Origin: Escherichia coli
GTDB lineage: Bacteria > Pseudomonadota > Gammaproteobacteria > Enterobacterales > Enterobacteriaceae
NCBI RefSeq assembly: GCF_003334785.1
Contig: NZ_QOWV01000003.1
Length of the DNA: 64,000 nt
Direction: 5' to 3' (one strand)
Notes under the pieces: generated by a model
What the model was told of the DNA's origin: nothing
Database searches by the model: none
Seen by the model: the letters and a program-made list of their open reading frames with translations, nothing else
Shown: piece by piece, positions 38,870 through 49,721 of the stretch
How the letters are laid out: each line of letters starts with the position of its first letter
Position numbering within the stretch: position 1 is the stretch's first letter
Made by a program: the position numbers and the translations under genes

Positions 38870-40005
38870 CAGAACACCCTTTTACCCTGACGCCAGACGT
38901 GGTCGATATGAATATGATTGTCCTTGCGATGCGCCAGCACCAGGTCGGCGCGTTTGCCCTCGCCAATCACCCCGCGATCCTGGAGATTAAGCGCCTGCGC
39001 TGGATTTTTAGTCACCAGCTTCACCGCCTGCGGCAGCGTAAAGCGGTTGCTCTGGTCATCGGCGACGCGAAATGCCGCATCGAGCAGGCTGGCGGGGTAG
39101 TAGTCGGAAGAGAGGATATCCAGCAGGCCAAGCTGCGCCAGTTCACTGGCCGCCACGTTGCCGGAGTGCGAGCCGCCGCGCACAATATTCGGCGCGCCCA
39201 TCAGCACGTTCATGCCATGCTTGCGCGAGGCTTCCGCCGCTTCGAACGTGGTGGGAAATTCGGCGATCACGCTGCCAAGCTGGTGAGATTCAGCAACGTG
39301 GGCGTGGGTGGCGTCATCGTGGCTGGCAAGCGCAATTTTTCGCGCGCGGCACAGGGCGGCGATGGATTCGCGATTCGGCTGCGACCAGCGTGCGGCGAGC
39401 GCCAGTTGCTCTTCTTCGTACTGCTGCATCTGCGCATCAGTGAGGGAGTATTTGCCCTGATAATATTCGCGATACTTCTTGCGGTTGGCGAACTGGCGCT
39501 GGCCCGGCGAGTGGTCCATCAGCGACACCAGCGTCACCGGCTCGCGCTGCACCAGTTTTTCAAACAGCGGCAGCGTGGTGTGATGCGGCAGTTCGCAGCG
39601 CAGATGCAGACGGTGCTCGGCGCGGTTGACGCCGCGTTTCTGCGTCTCTTCGATGGCGTTGATCATCTTCTCCAGATTCTCCAGCCGATCGCCGCCGTCG
39701 CGCACGTCGCCAATTGCCACGGCATCCAGTACGGTGGTGATGCCGCTCGCCACCATCAGCGCGTCGTGGCTGCTCATCGCCGAGTGGGCAGGCCAGTCAA
39801 CTTTCGGGCGCGGGGTGAAGAATTTATCCAGATTATCGGTATGCAGCTCAATCAGCCCCGGCAGCAGCCAGCCGCCTTCGCCGTCCATCGCCTCCGGCAG
39901 GCGGCTCTGGCTTTCGGCAAAGGCGCGGATTTCGCCGTTCTGCACCTCCAGCGAACCGCTTACCACCTCGTTTTCCAGCACCAGCTTAACGTTATTGATA
40001 ATCAT
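38869..40005 (-). CDS. phnM: RPnTP diphosphatase PhnM (amidohydrolase superfamily)
   Basis: 378-aa [11 protein letters not shown] metal-binding motif. Confidence 0.93.
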
Positions 40006-40682
40006 GAAGAGGCTCCCATTGGGTGCAGGCGGTCGGCGACGTCATTACGTACAGCTTCGTCATGGAAGATGCCTACGATGGCTGCGCCACGGGTTTTGGC
40101 TTCGCGAATCAGTTCCACCACCGCGGCGCTGTTTTTGGCGTCCAGCGAGGCGGTAGGTTCGTCAAGCAGCAGAATGGGGTAGTCGACGATAAAGCCGCGG
40201 GCGATGTTGACGCGCTGCTGTTCGCCACCGGAAAATGTCGATGGTGCCAGGTGCCACAGGCGTTCCGGCACGTTCAGGCGGGTGAGAAGACGCGCGGCTT
40301 TAGCGGCGCAGGCTTCACGCGGAACGCCGGTATCGAGCAGCGGCTGCATCACCACTTCCAGTGCTGAGATACGCGGGATGACGCGCAGAAACTGGCTCAC
40401 CCAGCCGACGGTGGTTTTGCGGATTTCCACCACTTTGCGCGCTGGCGCGGTGACCAGGTCTACCCACTCGTCACCGTGTTTGATCTGGATTTGACCTTCG
40501 TCGGGCAGATAGTTGGCGTACAGCGAGCGTAGCAGAGTTGATTTGCCGCTGCCGGAATGGCCGTGGAGCACCACGCATTCGCCCGCGTTGACGGTGAGCG
40601 AGGCGCGATTGAGGACGGGCAGGCGCACGCCGTTTTGCTGGTGCAGGATGAAGGTTTTACTGACGTTTTGTACGTTAATCAT
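40002..40682 (-). CDS. phnL: C-P lyase system ATP-binding protein PhnL
   Basis: Start at [11 protein letters not shown] (226 aa); Walker [10 protein letters not shown]. The longer track ORF runs into the REP element. Confidence 0.9.
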
Positions 40683-40703
40683 TTTTCGCCTCGTGGTTCG
40701 GGT

Positions 40704-40788
<85 letters not shown>

Positions 40789-40792
40789 CGGC

Positions 40793-41551
40793 TCAATTCT
40801 GCAAAACCGATGACACCAGCAGCTGTGTATACGGATGATGCGGGTCGTCGAGCACGCGGTCGGTTAACCCACTCTCCACCACTTGCCCCTGCTTCATCAC
40901 CAGCAAACGGTCCGCCAGCAGGCGGGCGACGCCTAAATCATGGGTGACAATCACCACCGCGAGGTTCAGCTCCACCACCAGGCCGCGCAGCAGGTCGAGC
41001 AGGCGGGCCTGCACCGACACATCCAGCCCGCCGGTCGGTTCATCCATAAACACCAGCTTCGGATGCGTCACCAGGTTGCGGGCAATCTGCAAACGCTGCT
41101 GCATACCGCCGGAAAAGGTGGTCGGCAGGTCGTCGATCCGGTTGGCGGGAATCTCCACCTCTTCCAGCCACTTCTGCGCGGTGGCACGAATATCGCCGTA
41201 ATGACGTGCCCCGGTCGCCATCAGCCGCTCGCCGATATTGCCGCCCGCCGACACCTGGCGGCGCAGGCCGTCGAGTGGATGCTGATGCACCACGCCCCAT
41301 TCGGTACGCAGCAGGCGACGGCGGTCGGCCTCGCTCATTGCATACAGCGAACGGTTCTCGTAGTGAATTTCCCCCTGCTGCGGCGTCAGGCGCGCGGAGA
41401 TCGACTTCAGCAGCGTGGTCTTCCCGGAGCCGGATTCCCCGACAATGCCCAGCACTTCCCCCGGCCATAAATCAAAAGAGACATCGCTAAAGCCTTTGCC
41501 CGGCGCGTAAAGGTGGGTCAGGTTATTGACCGAAAGTAACGGTTGATTCAT
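40793..41551 (-). CDS. phnK: C-P lyase system ATP-binding protein PhnK
   Basis: Start at [15 protein letters not shown] (252 aa); Walker [10 protein letters not shown]. Confidence 0.9.
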
Positions 41552-42393
41552 TGGTTTTTTGCCTCGCTCTGTTGGCGGCAATAATCGGTATCGGAGCAGA
41601 CAAACATGCGGTTTCCGGCGTCATCCAGCACCACTTCATCAAGATAGCTGTGGGTCGATCCGCAGATGGCGCATGGCTCATCCCACTGCTGAACGGTGAA
41701 CGGGTGATCGTCGAAATCGAGACTTTCCACGCGGGTAAACGGCGGCACCGCATAGATGCGCTTCTCGCGCCCCGCGCCGAACAGTTGCAGGGCGGGCATC
41801 ATGTCCATTTTTGGGTTATCGAATTTCGGGATCGGCGACGGGTCCATCACGTAGCGCCCATTTACCTTCACCGGATAGGCGTAGGTGGTGGCGATATGAC
41901 CGAAGCGGGCGATATCTTCATACAGTTTCACCTGCATCACGCCGTACTCTTCCAGCGCGTGCATGGTGCGGGTTTCCGTTTCGCGCGGCTCGATAAAGCG
42001 CAGCGGCTCGGGGATTGGCACCTGGAAGATAATTATCTGATCTTCGGTCAGCGGCGTTTCGGGGATGCGGTGACGCGTCTGGATAACCGTCGCATCGTCC
42101 GTACGTTCCGTGGTGTTTACCCCGGTCACGCGCTTGAAGAAGTTGCGAATCGACACGGCGTTGGTGGTGTCATCCGCGCCCTGGTCAATCACCTTCAGCA
42201 CGTCGCTTTCGCCAATCACGCTGGCGGTAAGCTGAATGCCGCCGGTTCCCCAGCCGTACGGCATCGGCATCTCGCGCCCGCCAAACGGCACCTGATAACC
42301 GGGGATCGCCACCGCTTTTAAGATGGCGCGGCGGATCATGCGTTTGGTCTGCTCGTCGAGGTAGGCAAAGTTGTAGCCGCTCAGATTAGCCAT
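41548..42393 (-). CDS. phnJ: C-P lyase catalytic subunit PhnJ (radical SAM-like, 4Fe-4S)
   Basis: Start at MANLSGYNFAYLDEQTKRMIRR (281 aa); C-terminal CxxCx..C cysteine cluster (CAICGS...CSDTDYC). Confidence 0.9.
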   Translation of the reverse strand: MANLSGYNFAYLDEQTKRMIRRAILKAVAIPGYQVPFGGREMPMPYGWGTGGIQLTASVIGESDVLKVIDQGADDTTNAVSIRNFFKRVTGVNTTERTDDATVIQTRHRIPETPLTEDQIIIFQVPIPEPLRFIEPRETETRTMHALEEYGVMQVKLYEDIARFGHIATTYAYPVKVNGRYVMDPSPIPKFDNPKMDMMPALQLFGAGREKRIYAVPPFTRVESLDFDDHPFTVQQWDEPCAICGSTHSYLDEVVLDDAGNRMFVCSDTDYCRQQSEAKNQ

Positions 42394-43450
42394 GGTTCTG
42401 CTCCTGTTGCAGACGTTTGAGTAGCTCCAGTTCGGCCTGGAAATCGACGTAGTGGGGGAGTTTGAGGTGTGAGACAAAGCCTGCGGCTTCGACGTTGTCG
42501 GCATGTGCCAGCACGAACTCTTCATCCTGCGCCGGGCCTGTCGCGTGCTCGCCGTACTCCGGGGCTTGCAGAGCGCGGTCGACCAGCGCCATCGCCATCG
42601 CTTTGCGCTCGCTCATGCCGAACACCAGCCCGTAGCCGCGCGTGAAGTGCGGCGGCTCACCCGGCGGGTCGATAAAACCGTTAACCATTTCACACTCAGT
42701 CATCAGCAGTTCGCCGACGTTCACCGCAAATCCCAGCTCTTCCGGCACAATCGACACGTCGATATAGCCGCTGCGGATCTCGCCTGCGAACGGGTGATTG
42801 CGCCCGTAACCGCGTTGGGTGGAGTAGGCCAGCGCCAGCAAATAGCCTTCGTCGCCGCGCATCAACTGCTGCAAACGGGAGGAGCGTGAGCAGGGGTAAA
42901 CCGGCGGCGTGCGGGTGATGTCATCCGGCTGTGCGCCGCTATCCTCTTCAAACTTCGCCAGCCCCTGACGCGCCAGCAGGCTGAAAACGTGCGGCGACGG
43001 CTGCTGTTCGCTGTCGGCGGTGGTCAGCGTCGGCGCTTCGCCGTTTGCCAGCAGGGTAAAATCGAGCAGGCGATGGGTGTAGTCGTAGGTTGGGCCAAGC
43101 AGCTGGCCGCCGGGAATGTCTTTATAAACGGCGGAGATACGGCGTTCGAGACGCATCCCGGTGGTGTCGAGCGGCTCGCTTACCGCCAGCTTCGCCAACG
43201 TGGTGCGGTAGGCGCGCAGCAGGAAAATCGCTTCAACGTTATCGCCGCTGGCCTGTTTCAGCGCCAGCGCCGCCAGTTCGCGGTCGGCAATGCCGCCTTC
43301 GGTCATCACGCGATCTACCGCGAGGTTAAGCTGCTGTTCAATCTGGGCGACGCTCAGTTCGGGCAAATCGGTATCGCCTCGGCGTCGGCTCTCTTGCAGG
43401 GCGTGGGCGGCGTCGATCGCCTTCTCGCCCCCTTTCACGGCAACGTACAT
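42386..43450 (-). CDS. phnI: C-P lyase core complex subunit PhnI
   Basis: Start at [18 protein letters not shown] (354 aa). Confidence 0.9.
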   Translation of the reverse strand: MYVAVKGGEKAIDAAHALQESRRRGDTDLPELSVAQIEQQLNLAVDRVMTEGGIADRELAALALKQASGDNVEAIFLLRAYRTTLAKLAVSEPLDTTGMRLERRISAVYKDIPGGQLLGPTYDYTHRLLDFTLLANGEAPTLTTADSEQQPSPHVFSLLARQGLAKFEEDSGAQPDDITRTPPVYPCSRSSRLQQLMRGDEGYLLALAYSTQRGYGRNHPFAGEIRSGYIDVSIVPEELGFAVNVGELLMTECEMVNGFIDPPGEPPHFTRGYGLVFGMSERKAMAMALVDRALQAPEYGEHATGPAQDEEFVLAHADNVEAAGFVSHLKLPHYVDFQAELELLKRLQQEQNHG

Positions 43451-44034
43451 CAGCACACCTCCACATGAGTGGTTCGCGGAATAGCCAGCAGGCGCTCGCC
43501 ACAGGTCAGGATCAGGTCGATGCCGAGCGGGAACGGATGCGGGCGCTCGGTGAGTTCGTGCAGAATGCACTCCGGCAGCTGCGGAGCGATCATTCGTTCT
43601 TCGGCAATACCCGCACCAGTAAGGCGCAACATGCGTCCGCCGCTCAGGCTGGCGACCTGTAAAATCAGCGTCGCACCCGCTTCCGGCGCAACGGCGGTGC
43701 CGGTGGAAAGGGCGTTGAGCTGTTCGCTGGAAATCGCCTCATCCGTCACCGCGAAGGTCGCCTGTTCCGGCTGGCTGACCAGCGGCGCGTTGGTATGAAA
43801 ACGCAGGCTCTGGTTGACGATATCGTTATTTAATGGGGTAGAAAGCCACACCGGCGTGTCGTTATCGGCCAGCGTCAGCAGCACGCTGGTGGTGGCGATA
43901 TTCAGCGGTTGCCAGCCGCGTTTGAGCTGATGCAGGGCGACAATCACGCCCGGCTCGCTCATGGCCTTTAACAGGCGACGAAAACTGTGCTGGGCATCCT
44001 GCACGGGAAGCATAAAAGCGGTTTCCAGGGTCAT
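43450..44034 (-). CDS. phnH: C-P lyase core complex subunit PhnH
   Basis: 194-aa ORF, start overlaps phnI. Confidence 0.92.
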
Positions 44035-44483
44035 GCGTTGTCTCCGCGAACCATCGTAAAGAAGTCGACCCGGCTGGCGTTCACTTCGGCCTGGCGTGCG
44101 GCAATGCGTGCCATACGGTCAGCGTCCAGCGGGGCAATAAGGGTTTCTGATAAGTTTTGAAAGTGGCGAGATTGCTGCATCAGCGCGTCAATCAGCGCGC
44201 AGCGTTCGGCGTGCTGTTTATCACGCCCCTGCACCCAGCTGTAGCCGAGCGTGCCGTCAGTCAGGCGCACGGCGGCGCGGGTCAGCGTGGCGTCGCCGGC
44301 AAAAAAACGTTCGCCGGTGCCGCCCATCCGCGCCTGAATCTGTACCAGGCCAGTTTCAGCGGCGCGGATCACCTCATAGTCGGCGGTGATGTTTAGCGCG
44401 TTCAGGCGTGCTGCCAGTTCAGCCGGTTGGCTGTGCGCCAGCACGGACATCCAGTGCTGGCGGGTCGCGGTATCTGCGTGCAT
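44031..44483 (-). CDS. phnG: C-P lyase core complex subunit PhnG
   Basis: 150-aa ORF overlapping phnH. Confidence 0.92.
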
Positions 44484-45209
44484 TCAGTGCTCCATAGTGA
44501 ATTCAATCATGTCGGCGCGCGTCAGGCTGACGGAGTACTCCGCCGGGCTGCTTTCACCGTCACGGTGGTTAAGGGTGCGCACGCACAGCAGCGGCGACAT
44601 ATTCGGGATTTCAAGACGCTGGCACTCTTTGGCCTGGGCGCGGCGGGCGCTGATCCGCGTCTGGCTGCGGCGCAGCGCAATTCCGGTTTGCTCGCGCAGA
44701 AAATCGTGCAGCGAGCCGCTGTCGAAGCGTTGCAGCGTCGGCCAGAGGGTGAGGTCCGCGAAGTAGTGGTCGATTAAACAGAGCGCGACGCCGTTGACAC
44801 GACGCAGGGTGCGCAGGTGGATGACGTTCTCCCCCTCGGTAATCCCCAGTGCGTCAGCGACGTGGCCGGACGCGGGGCGCAATACCGAAAGCAGTTTTTC
44901 GCTGGTGGGATGGCTGCCCTGATCCAGCAGATTCTGGCTAAAACGCGCCTGGGCGTTGAGCGGGTAATCGAACGGGCGCATCAGCACCAGCACGCCGACG
45001 CCCTGACGGCGCTGTACCCAGCCTTTTTCCACCAGTTGGTCGATGGCGCGGCGCAGGGTGTGGCGATTCACCTCAAAGCGCGCTGCCAGTTGCTGCTCGG
45101 CGGGAAGATAGTCGCCGCAGCGGTAGTGTTGACGAAGCTCCTGCTCAAGTTTTGCGGCTATCTCTTGATAGCGTGTTGGGTAGCTGGTCGGATGTGTAGA
45201 CAAGTGCAT
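44484..45209 (-). CDS. phnF: GntR-family transcriptional regulator of the phn operon
   Basis: Start at MHLSTHPTSYPTRYQEIAAKLEQEL (241 aa); GntR-type HTH with UTRA-like effector domain. Confidence 0.88.
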   Translation of the reverse strand: MHLSTHPTSYPTRYQEIAAKLEQELRQHYRCGDYLPAEQQLAARFEVNRHTLRRAIDQLVEKGWVQRRQGVGVLVLMRPFDYPLNAQARFSQNLLDQGSHPTSEKLLSVLRPASGHVADALGITEGENVIHLRTLRRVNGVALCLIDHYFADLTLWPTLQRFDSGSLHDFLREQTGIALRRSQTRISARRAQAKECQRLEIPNMSPLLCVRTLNHRDGESSPAEYSVSLTRADMIEFTMEH

Positions 45210-45229
45210 AGATATCAATGCCTCGCTTA

Positions 45230-46017
45230 TCAGATAAAGTGCTTACGCAACCGTTGAGAGAGGAAATCCAGCAGGCTGACCGTGACGATGATAAGCACCA
45301 TCAGGGCGCAGGTTTGTTGGAACTGGAAACCGCGAATCGCTTCCCACAGGGTGACGCCGATCCCGCCTGCGCCGACCATGCCGACGACGGTCGCCGAGCG
45401 GACGTTGGATTCGAAGCGATAGAGGGAGTAGGAGATCAGCAGTGGCATCACCTGTGGCAGCACGCCGTAGAGGATCTCTTCGAGCTTGTTGGCACCGGTG
45501 GCGCGAATGCCTTCCACCGGGCCGGGTTCAATCGCTTCCACCGCTTCGGAAAGCAGCTTGGAGAGCACGCCGGTGGTGTGGATAAACAGCGCCAGCACGC
45601 CAGCACGCCAGCGAACGGGCCGAGGCCGACGGCGACCACGAACAGCATGGCGAAGACCATTTCGTTAATGGCGCGGCAGGCGTCCATCAGGCGGCGAACG
45701 GGCTGGTAAACCCACCACGGCACCAGGTTTTCGGCGCTCATCAGGCCAAAGGGGATGGAGAGAACCACCGCCAGCGCGGTGCCCCAGACGGCGATTTGCA
45801 GCGTGACGGCCATTTCGGTGAGGTAATCCTGCCACTGGCTGAAATCGGGCGGGAAGAAGTCGGCGGCGAACGTCGCCATGTTGCCGCCGTCTTTGATCAG
45901 CGTAAGCGGGGCCATTTCCGCGCCCTGCCACGAGACGACCAACACGGCGAGTACAACGGCCCAGCTCAGAAGCGAGAACCAGCTGCGCTTGGGTGGGGCG
46001 ATGGTGATGGTTTGCAT
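45230..46017 (-). pseudogene. phnE: Phosphonate ABC transporter permease PhnE, frameshifted by an 8-bp tandem duplication
   Basis: N-terminal ([23 protein letters not shown]...) and C-terminal halves lie in different frames; GCCAGCAC GCCAGCAC tandem copy at 45591-45606; span 788 nt = 780 + 8. Confidence 0.9.
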
Positions 46018-46030
46018 GTTTGGCTCCGGT

Positions 46031-46120
46031 CTGTAGGCCGGATAAGGTGCTTGCACCGCATCCGGCATCAACGCCTGCACATTGTCGGATGCGACGCCGG
46101 GGCGTCTTATCCGACCTACG
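46031..46120. repeat. REP element pair between phnD and phnE
   Basis: GTAGGCCGGATAAGGTGCTTGCACCGCATCCGGCA and GTCGGATGCGACGCCGGGGCGTCTTATCCGACCTAC. Confidence 0.85.
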
Positions 46121-46122
46121 AT

Positions 46123-47139
46123 TTACTGCACCGCTTTACTCACCGAACTCATCGCGCTTAGCGCGTTGTTCAGGCGGTCCAGGTCATCCAGCTGCGCCTG
46201 AATCTCGGTGGTTTTTGCCAGCTTGTCCTGCTCATTCAGTCCTTTATTGCTTTTCACGCCCTGCATCTCTTTAAACAGCGCGAGCTGGCGAATCGGCACC
46301 AGTTGCAGGTCGCTGGAAGCGCGGAATGGCGCCCAGCCCAGGCGTTCCAGCACCGCTTTTTCTTCCGGCGTTTTGCCGTAGTTCATAAAGAAGTCGTAGA
46401 TCTTGTCTTTGGTGGTTTCGGAAAGATTCTTGCGCCAGACGATCGGATCGCCTGGGATCAGCGGCGACTTCCAGATCACCTTCAGTTCTTTCAGCTTCTC
46501 TGGCGCGGAGGTTTTCAGCTTGTCGAGGTTTTCGGTGTTGTTGGTGGCAACATCCACCTGCTTGTTGGCGACGGCCAGCGCGTTGGTTTCATGCCCGGCG
46601 TTGACGGTGCGCTTGAAGTCGCTGGCGGAGATATTGTTTTTGGCGAAGACGTAGTAGCCGGGGACGAGGAAGCCAGAGGTGGAGTTAGGATCGCCATTGC
46701 CAAAGGTGAGATCTTTCCGCTTCGCCAGCAGATCGTTCAGGTTGTTGATCGGACTGTCTTTGTTGACGATCAACACGCTCCAGTAACCCGGCGATCCATC
46801 CGCCGCGACCGTCTGGGCGAAGACCTGGCCATTGGCGCGATCCACCGCTTCCATCGCCGACAGATTGCCGTACCAGGCGATATCCACTTTATTGAAGCGC
46901 ATCCCCTGGATAATGCCCGCGTAGTCCGGGGCAAAGAAGGCGTTGACCTTCACGCCCAGCTTCTTCTCCATATCCTGCAAGAACGGCGTCCATTGCGGTT
47001 TCAGGTTTTGCTGTGATTCCGTTGAAATAATGCCGAAATTCAACGCCTTTTCCTGCTCTTCGGCGTGCGCCGGGCTTAACAGGGTGCTGAGGCTGAACAT
47101 GCTGGTGAAGGCCAGCGAGGCAATTATCTTAGCGTTCAT
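46123..47139 (-). CDS. phnD: Phosphonate ABC transporter periplasmic binding protein
   Basis: 338-aa ORF with signal peptide MNAKIIASLAFTSMFSLSTLLSPAHA. Confidence 0.95.
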   Translation of the reverse strand: MNAKIIASLAFTSMFSLSTLLSPAHAEEQEKALNFGIISTESQQNLKPQWTPFLQDMEKKLGVKVNAFFAPDYAGIIQGMRFNKVDIAWYGNLSAMEAVDRANGQVFAQTVAADGSPGYWSVLIVNKDSPINNLNDLLAKRKDLTFGNGDPNSTSGFLVPGYYVFAKNNISASDFKRTVNAGHETNALAVANKQVDVATNNTENLDKLKTSAPEKLKELKVIWKSPLIPGDPIVWRKNLSETTKDKIYDFFMNYGKTPEEKAVLERLGWAPFRASSDLQLVPIRQLALFKEMQGVKSNKGLNEQDKLAKTTEIQAQLDDLDRLNNALSAMSSVSKAVQ

Positions 47140-47163
47140 TCGTTTTCCTCAATGATGGGGATG

Positions 47164-47952
47164 TCAGGCAGCTTTCGCGTTCTCTTCGACGCGGTTAATG
47201 CTGCGGTAGAGATGGTCAAAACGTTCGTTATCAAACTGTTGGCTGCTGCCGTCGTAGAAGACGTGCCCCTGGCGCAGGGCGACGATGCGTTCGCAGTAGC
47301 GCAGGGCGTAATCCACCTGATGCAGCGTGACGACCACGGTGATGCCGTCGTTCTGGTTGATGTCGCGCAGGGTGTCCATCACGATGCGCGCTGATTCTGG
47401 GTCCAGCGAGGCGATGGGTTCATCGGCCAGAATCACTTTCGCCTGCTGCATCAGCGCACGGGCAATCGCCACACGTTGCTGCTGGCCGCCGGAGAGGGTG
47501 GAAACGCGCTGATGGGCAAAATGCACCATGCCAACGCGGGTCAGCGCCTGTAACGCGCGCTGTTTCTGCTCGCCGGTGAACCAGCTAAAACAGGTGCGCC
47601 AGAACGGCGTGCTGCCGAGCGCGCCAATCAGCACGTTCTCCAGTACGCTCAGGCGGTTCACCAGGTTGAATTGTTGGAATATGTAGCCGGTATGGGCGCG
47701 GCTTTTGCGGATATCGCGGGCCAGGCGGCCTTCGCGCTGGACTGTGCGGCCCAGCAGCTCGATATGGCTACCGACAGATTTATCGCCGGTAATCAAACCG
47801 CTTAAGTGACGTAAAAGGGTGGATTTTCCGGAACCCGACGGCCCAAGCAGAGCCACCATTTCACCGTGATGAATGTTCAGATCAACCGCATGCAGCGCCT
47901 GATGCTGATTGAAGGTTTTGGCGAGCTTCTCGACACGGATAATCGTTTGCAT
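47164..47952 (-). CDS. phnC: Phosphonate ABC transporter ATP-binding protein
   Basis: 262-aa ORF; Walker [10 protein letters not shown]; first gene of the phn operon. Confidence 0.95.
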   Translation of the reverse strand: MQTIIRVEKLAKTFNQHQALHAVDLNIHHGEMVALLGPSGSGKSTLLRHLSGLITGDKSVGSHIELLGRTVQREGRLARDIRKSRAHTGYIFQQFNLVNRLSVLENVLIGALGSTPFWRTCFSWFTGEQKQRALQALTRVGMVHFAHQRVSTLSGGQQQRVAIARALMQQAKVILADEPIASLDPESARIVMDTLRDINQNDGITVVVTLHQVDYALRYCERIVALRQGHVFYDGSSQQFDNERFDHLYRSINRVEENAKAA

Positions 47953-47974
47953 GATGCAGCCTCCCTAAAAAAGT

Positions 47975-48030
47975 GGCTCCATCGTGGCGGATTATTGTGA
48001 CGATTTGGTTAATTAAAAGTGACTAACAGA
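47975..48030 (-). promoter_or_regulatory. Pho box (PhoB binding region) of the phnC promoter
   Basis: Minus strand CTGTTAGTCACTTTTAATTAACCAAATCGTCACAATAATCC upstream of phnC: direct CTGT(C/T)A-type repeats typical of Pho boxes. Confidence 0.65.
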
Positions 48031-48084
48031 TGAAGAGTTAACGGGAATTCGATGACAGTGCGGGAGGGCGGGCCTCCCGGCGGG

Positions 48085-48528
48085 TTATTGCGTTGGTTGT
48101 TGTTTGACGACATTAATCATCCACGGTACGCCAAATTTATCGGTGACTTTGCCAAAGCCATGCGCCCAGAAAGTTTCCTGCCAGGCCATTTCGATTTTTC
48201 CGTTAGCGGCAAGATTGTCAAACCAGCGTTTTCCTTCTTCGACCTGTTGCGAATCGAGCACCAGCGTAAAGCCGGAGTAGCTGGCTTTTCCTGACGGCAT
48301 GGCATCGCTCATCATGATGTCGCTTCCGGCAATGCGCACATTGGCGTGGGCGATGGCGGTATCGGGAAATTGCATTCCGGAAGGGCAGTTCTCGGCGCTG
48401 TCCTGCGCTGATTTTGGCATTTCGCCGAAGCTGATTTTATAGAGCAGTTCCGCGCCCAACGTACGTTGATAATAGGCAATCGCGTCGGAACAGTTACCGG
48501 CAAAAGAGAGGTAGGGACTTAACGGCAT
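48085..48528 (-). CDS. yjdN: VOC/glyoxalase-family protein (PhnB-like)
   Basis: 147-aa ORF MPLSPYLSFAGNCSDAIAYYQRTLGAELL... Confidence 0.88.
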   Translation of the reverse strand: MPLSPYLSFAGNCSDAIAYYQRTLGAELLYKISFGEMPKSAQDSAENCPSGMQFPDTAIAHANVRIAGSDIMMSDAMPSGKASYSGFTLVLDSQQVEEGKRWFDNLAANGKIEMAWQETFWAHGFGKVTDKFGVPWMINVVKQQPTQ

Positions 48529-48592
48529 GATGGTGACCTCAGTTAAGAGAAGCCAGTTAAGTGTAGTTCGAAATTTATACAGATGAGAGGCG

Positions 48593-48972
<380 letters not shown>

Positions 48973-48985
48973 GATCACAATACAA

Positions 48986-49321
48986 TCAGTTCTTTTTCAC
49001 AAACTCAGATTTCAGTTTCATCGGACCAAAACCGTCGATTTTGCAATCGATGTTATGGTCGCCTTCAACCAGGCGGATGTTTTTCACTTTGGTGCCAATT
49101 TTCAGCATCGAAGAGCTACCTTTCACCTTCAGATCTTTAATGATGGTAACGCTGTCGCCGTCAGCCAGCAGATTGCCGTTAGCATCTTTAACGATCAGCT
49201 CGTCGCTTTCCTGTGCAGGTTCTGCGTCGTTCCATTCGTAGGCACATTCCGGGCAGATGTACATGCCGTTATCTTCGTAGGTGTATTCGGAGTTGCATTT
49301 TGGGCAGTGTGGTAATGACAT
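48986..49321 (-). CDS. yjdM: Zinc-ribbon protein PhnA/YjdM
   Basis: Start at [30 protein letters not shown] (111 aa); two CxxC pairs. The longer track ORF extends into the intergenic region. Confidence 0.88.
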
Positions 49322-49721
49322 GTGGATTTCCTCAAAAGTCAGCAGGGCAAAAGCGCCAAAAAACGGCAGATTGCCGAAAAAGGCCGCAATTATACACAAA
49401 ATCCCTGAGTTTGTCGGGGGTACTGCTGATTTTAGACGACGATCGTTTTCATTTGAAAGGAAACGCAAAAAGAAAATAATCTTTTTGCCTCTATTTATTA
49501 TTTAAGATAATGTTAATGCTCTACTTGTTCTTTTTTTAATTCACATGATATTTTTATCTTTCTGACGTTTTAAACGTATCAGAAGACGTTATTTATTCTG
49601 ATAAAAAACAACACACTAAATATAAAATTATTTCTTGCAGTAATTATAAAAGCCGAAAACAGAACTCAAAAACAATCTGGCTAAATAAAATAACAAAATT
49701 TGCTTTAAGGAAGAATTTTCT

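Noticed and set aside
45230-46080. Treating the two phnE-region ORFs as two functional genes
   Set aside because: They are the two halves of one permease gene displaced by an 8-bp tandem duplication; the N-terminal extension of track ORF 45448-46080 runs into the REP element.
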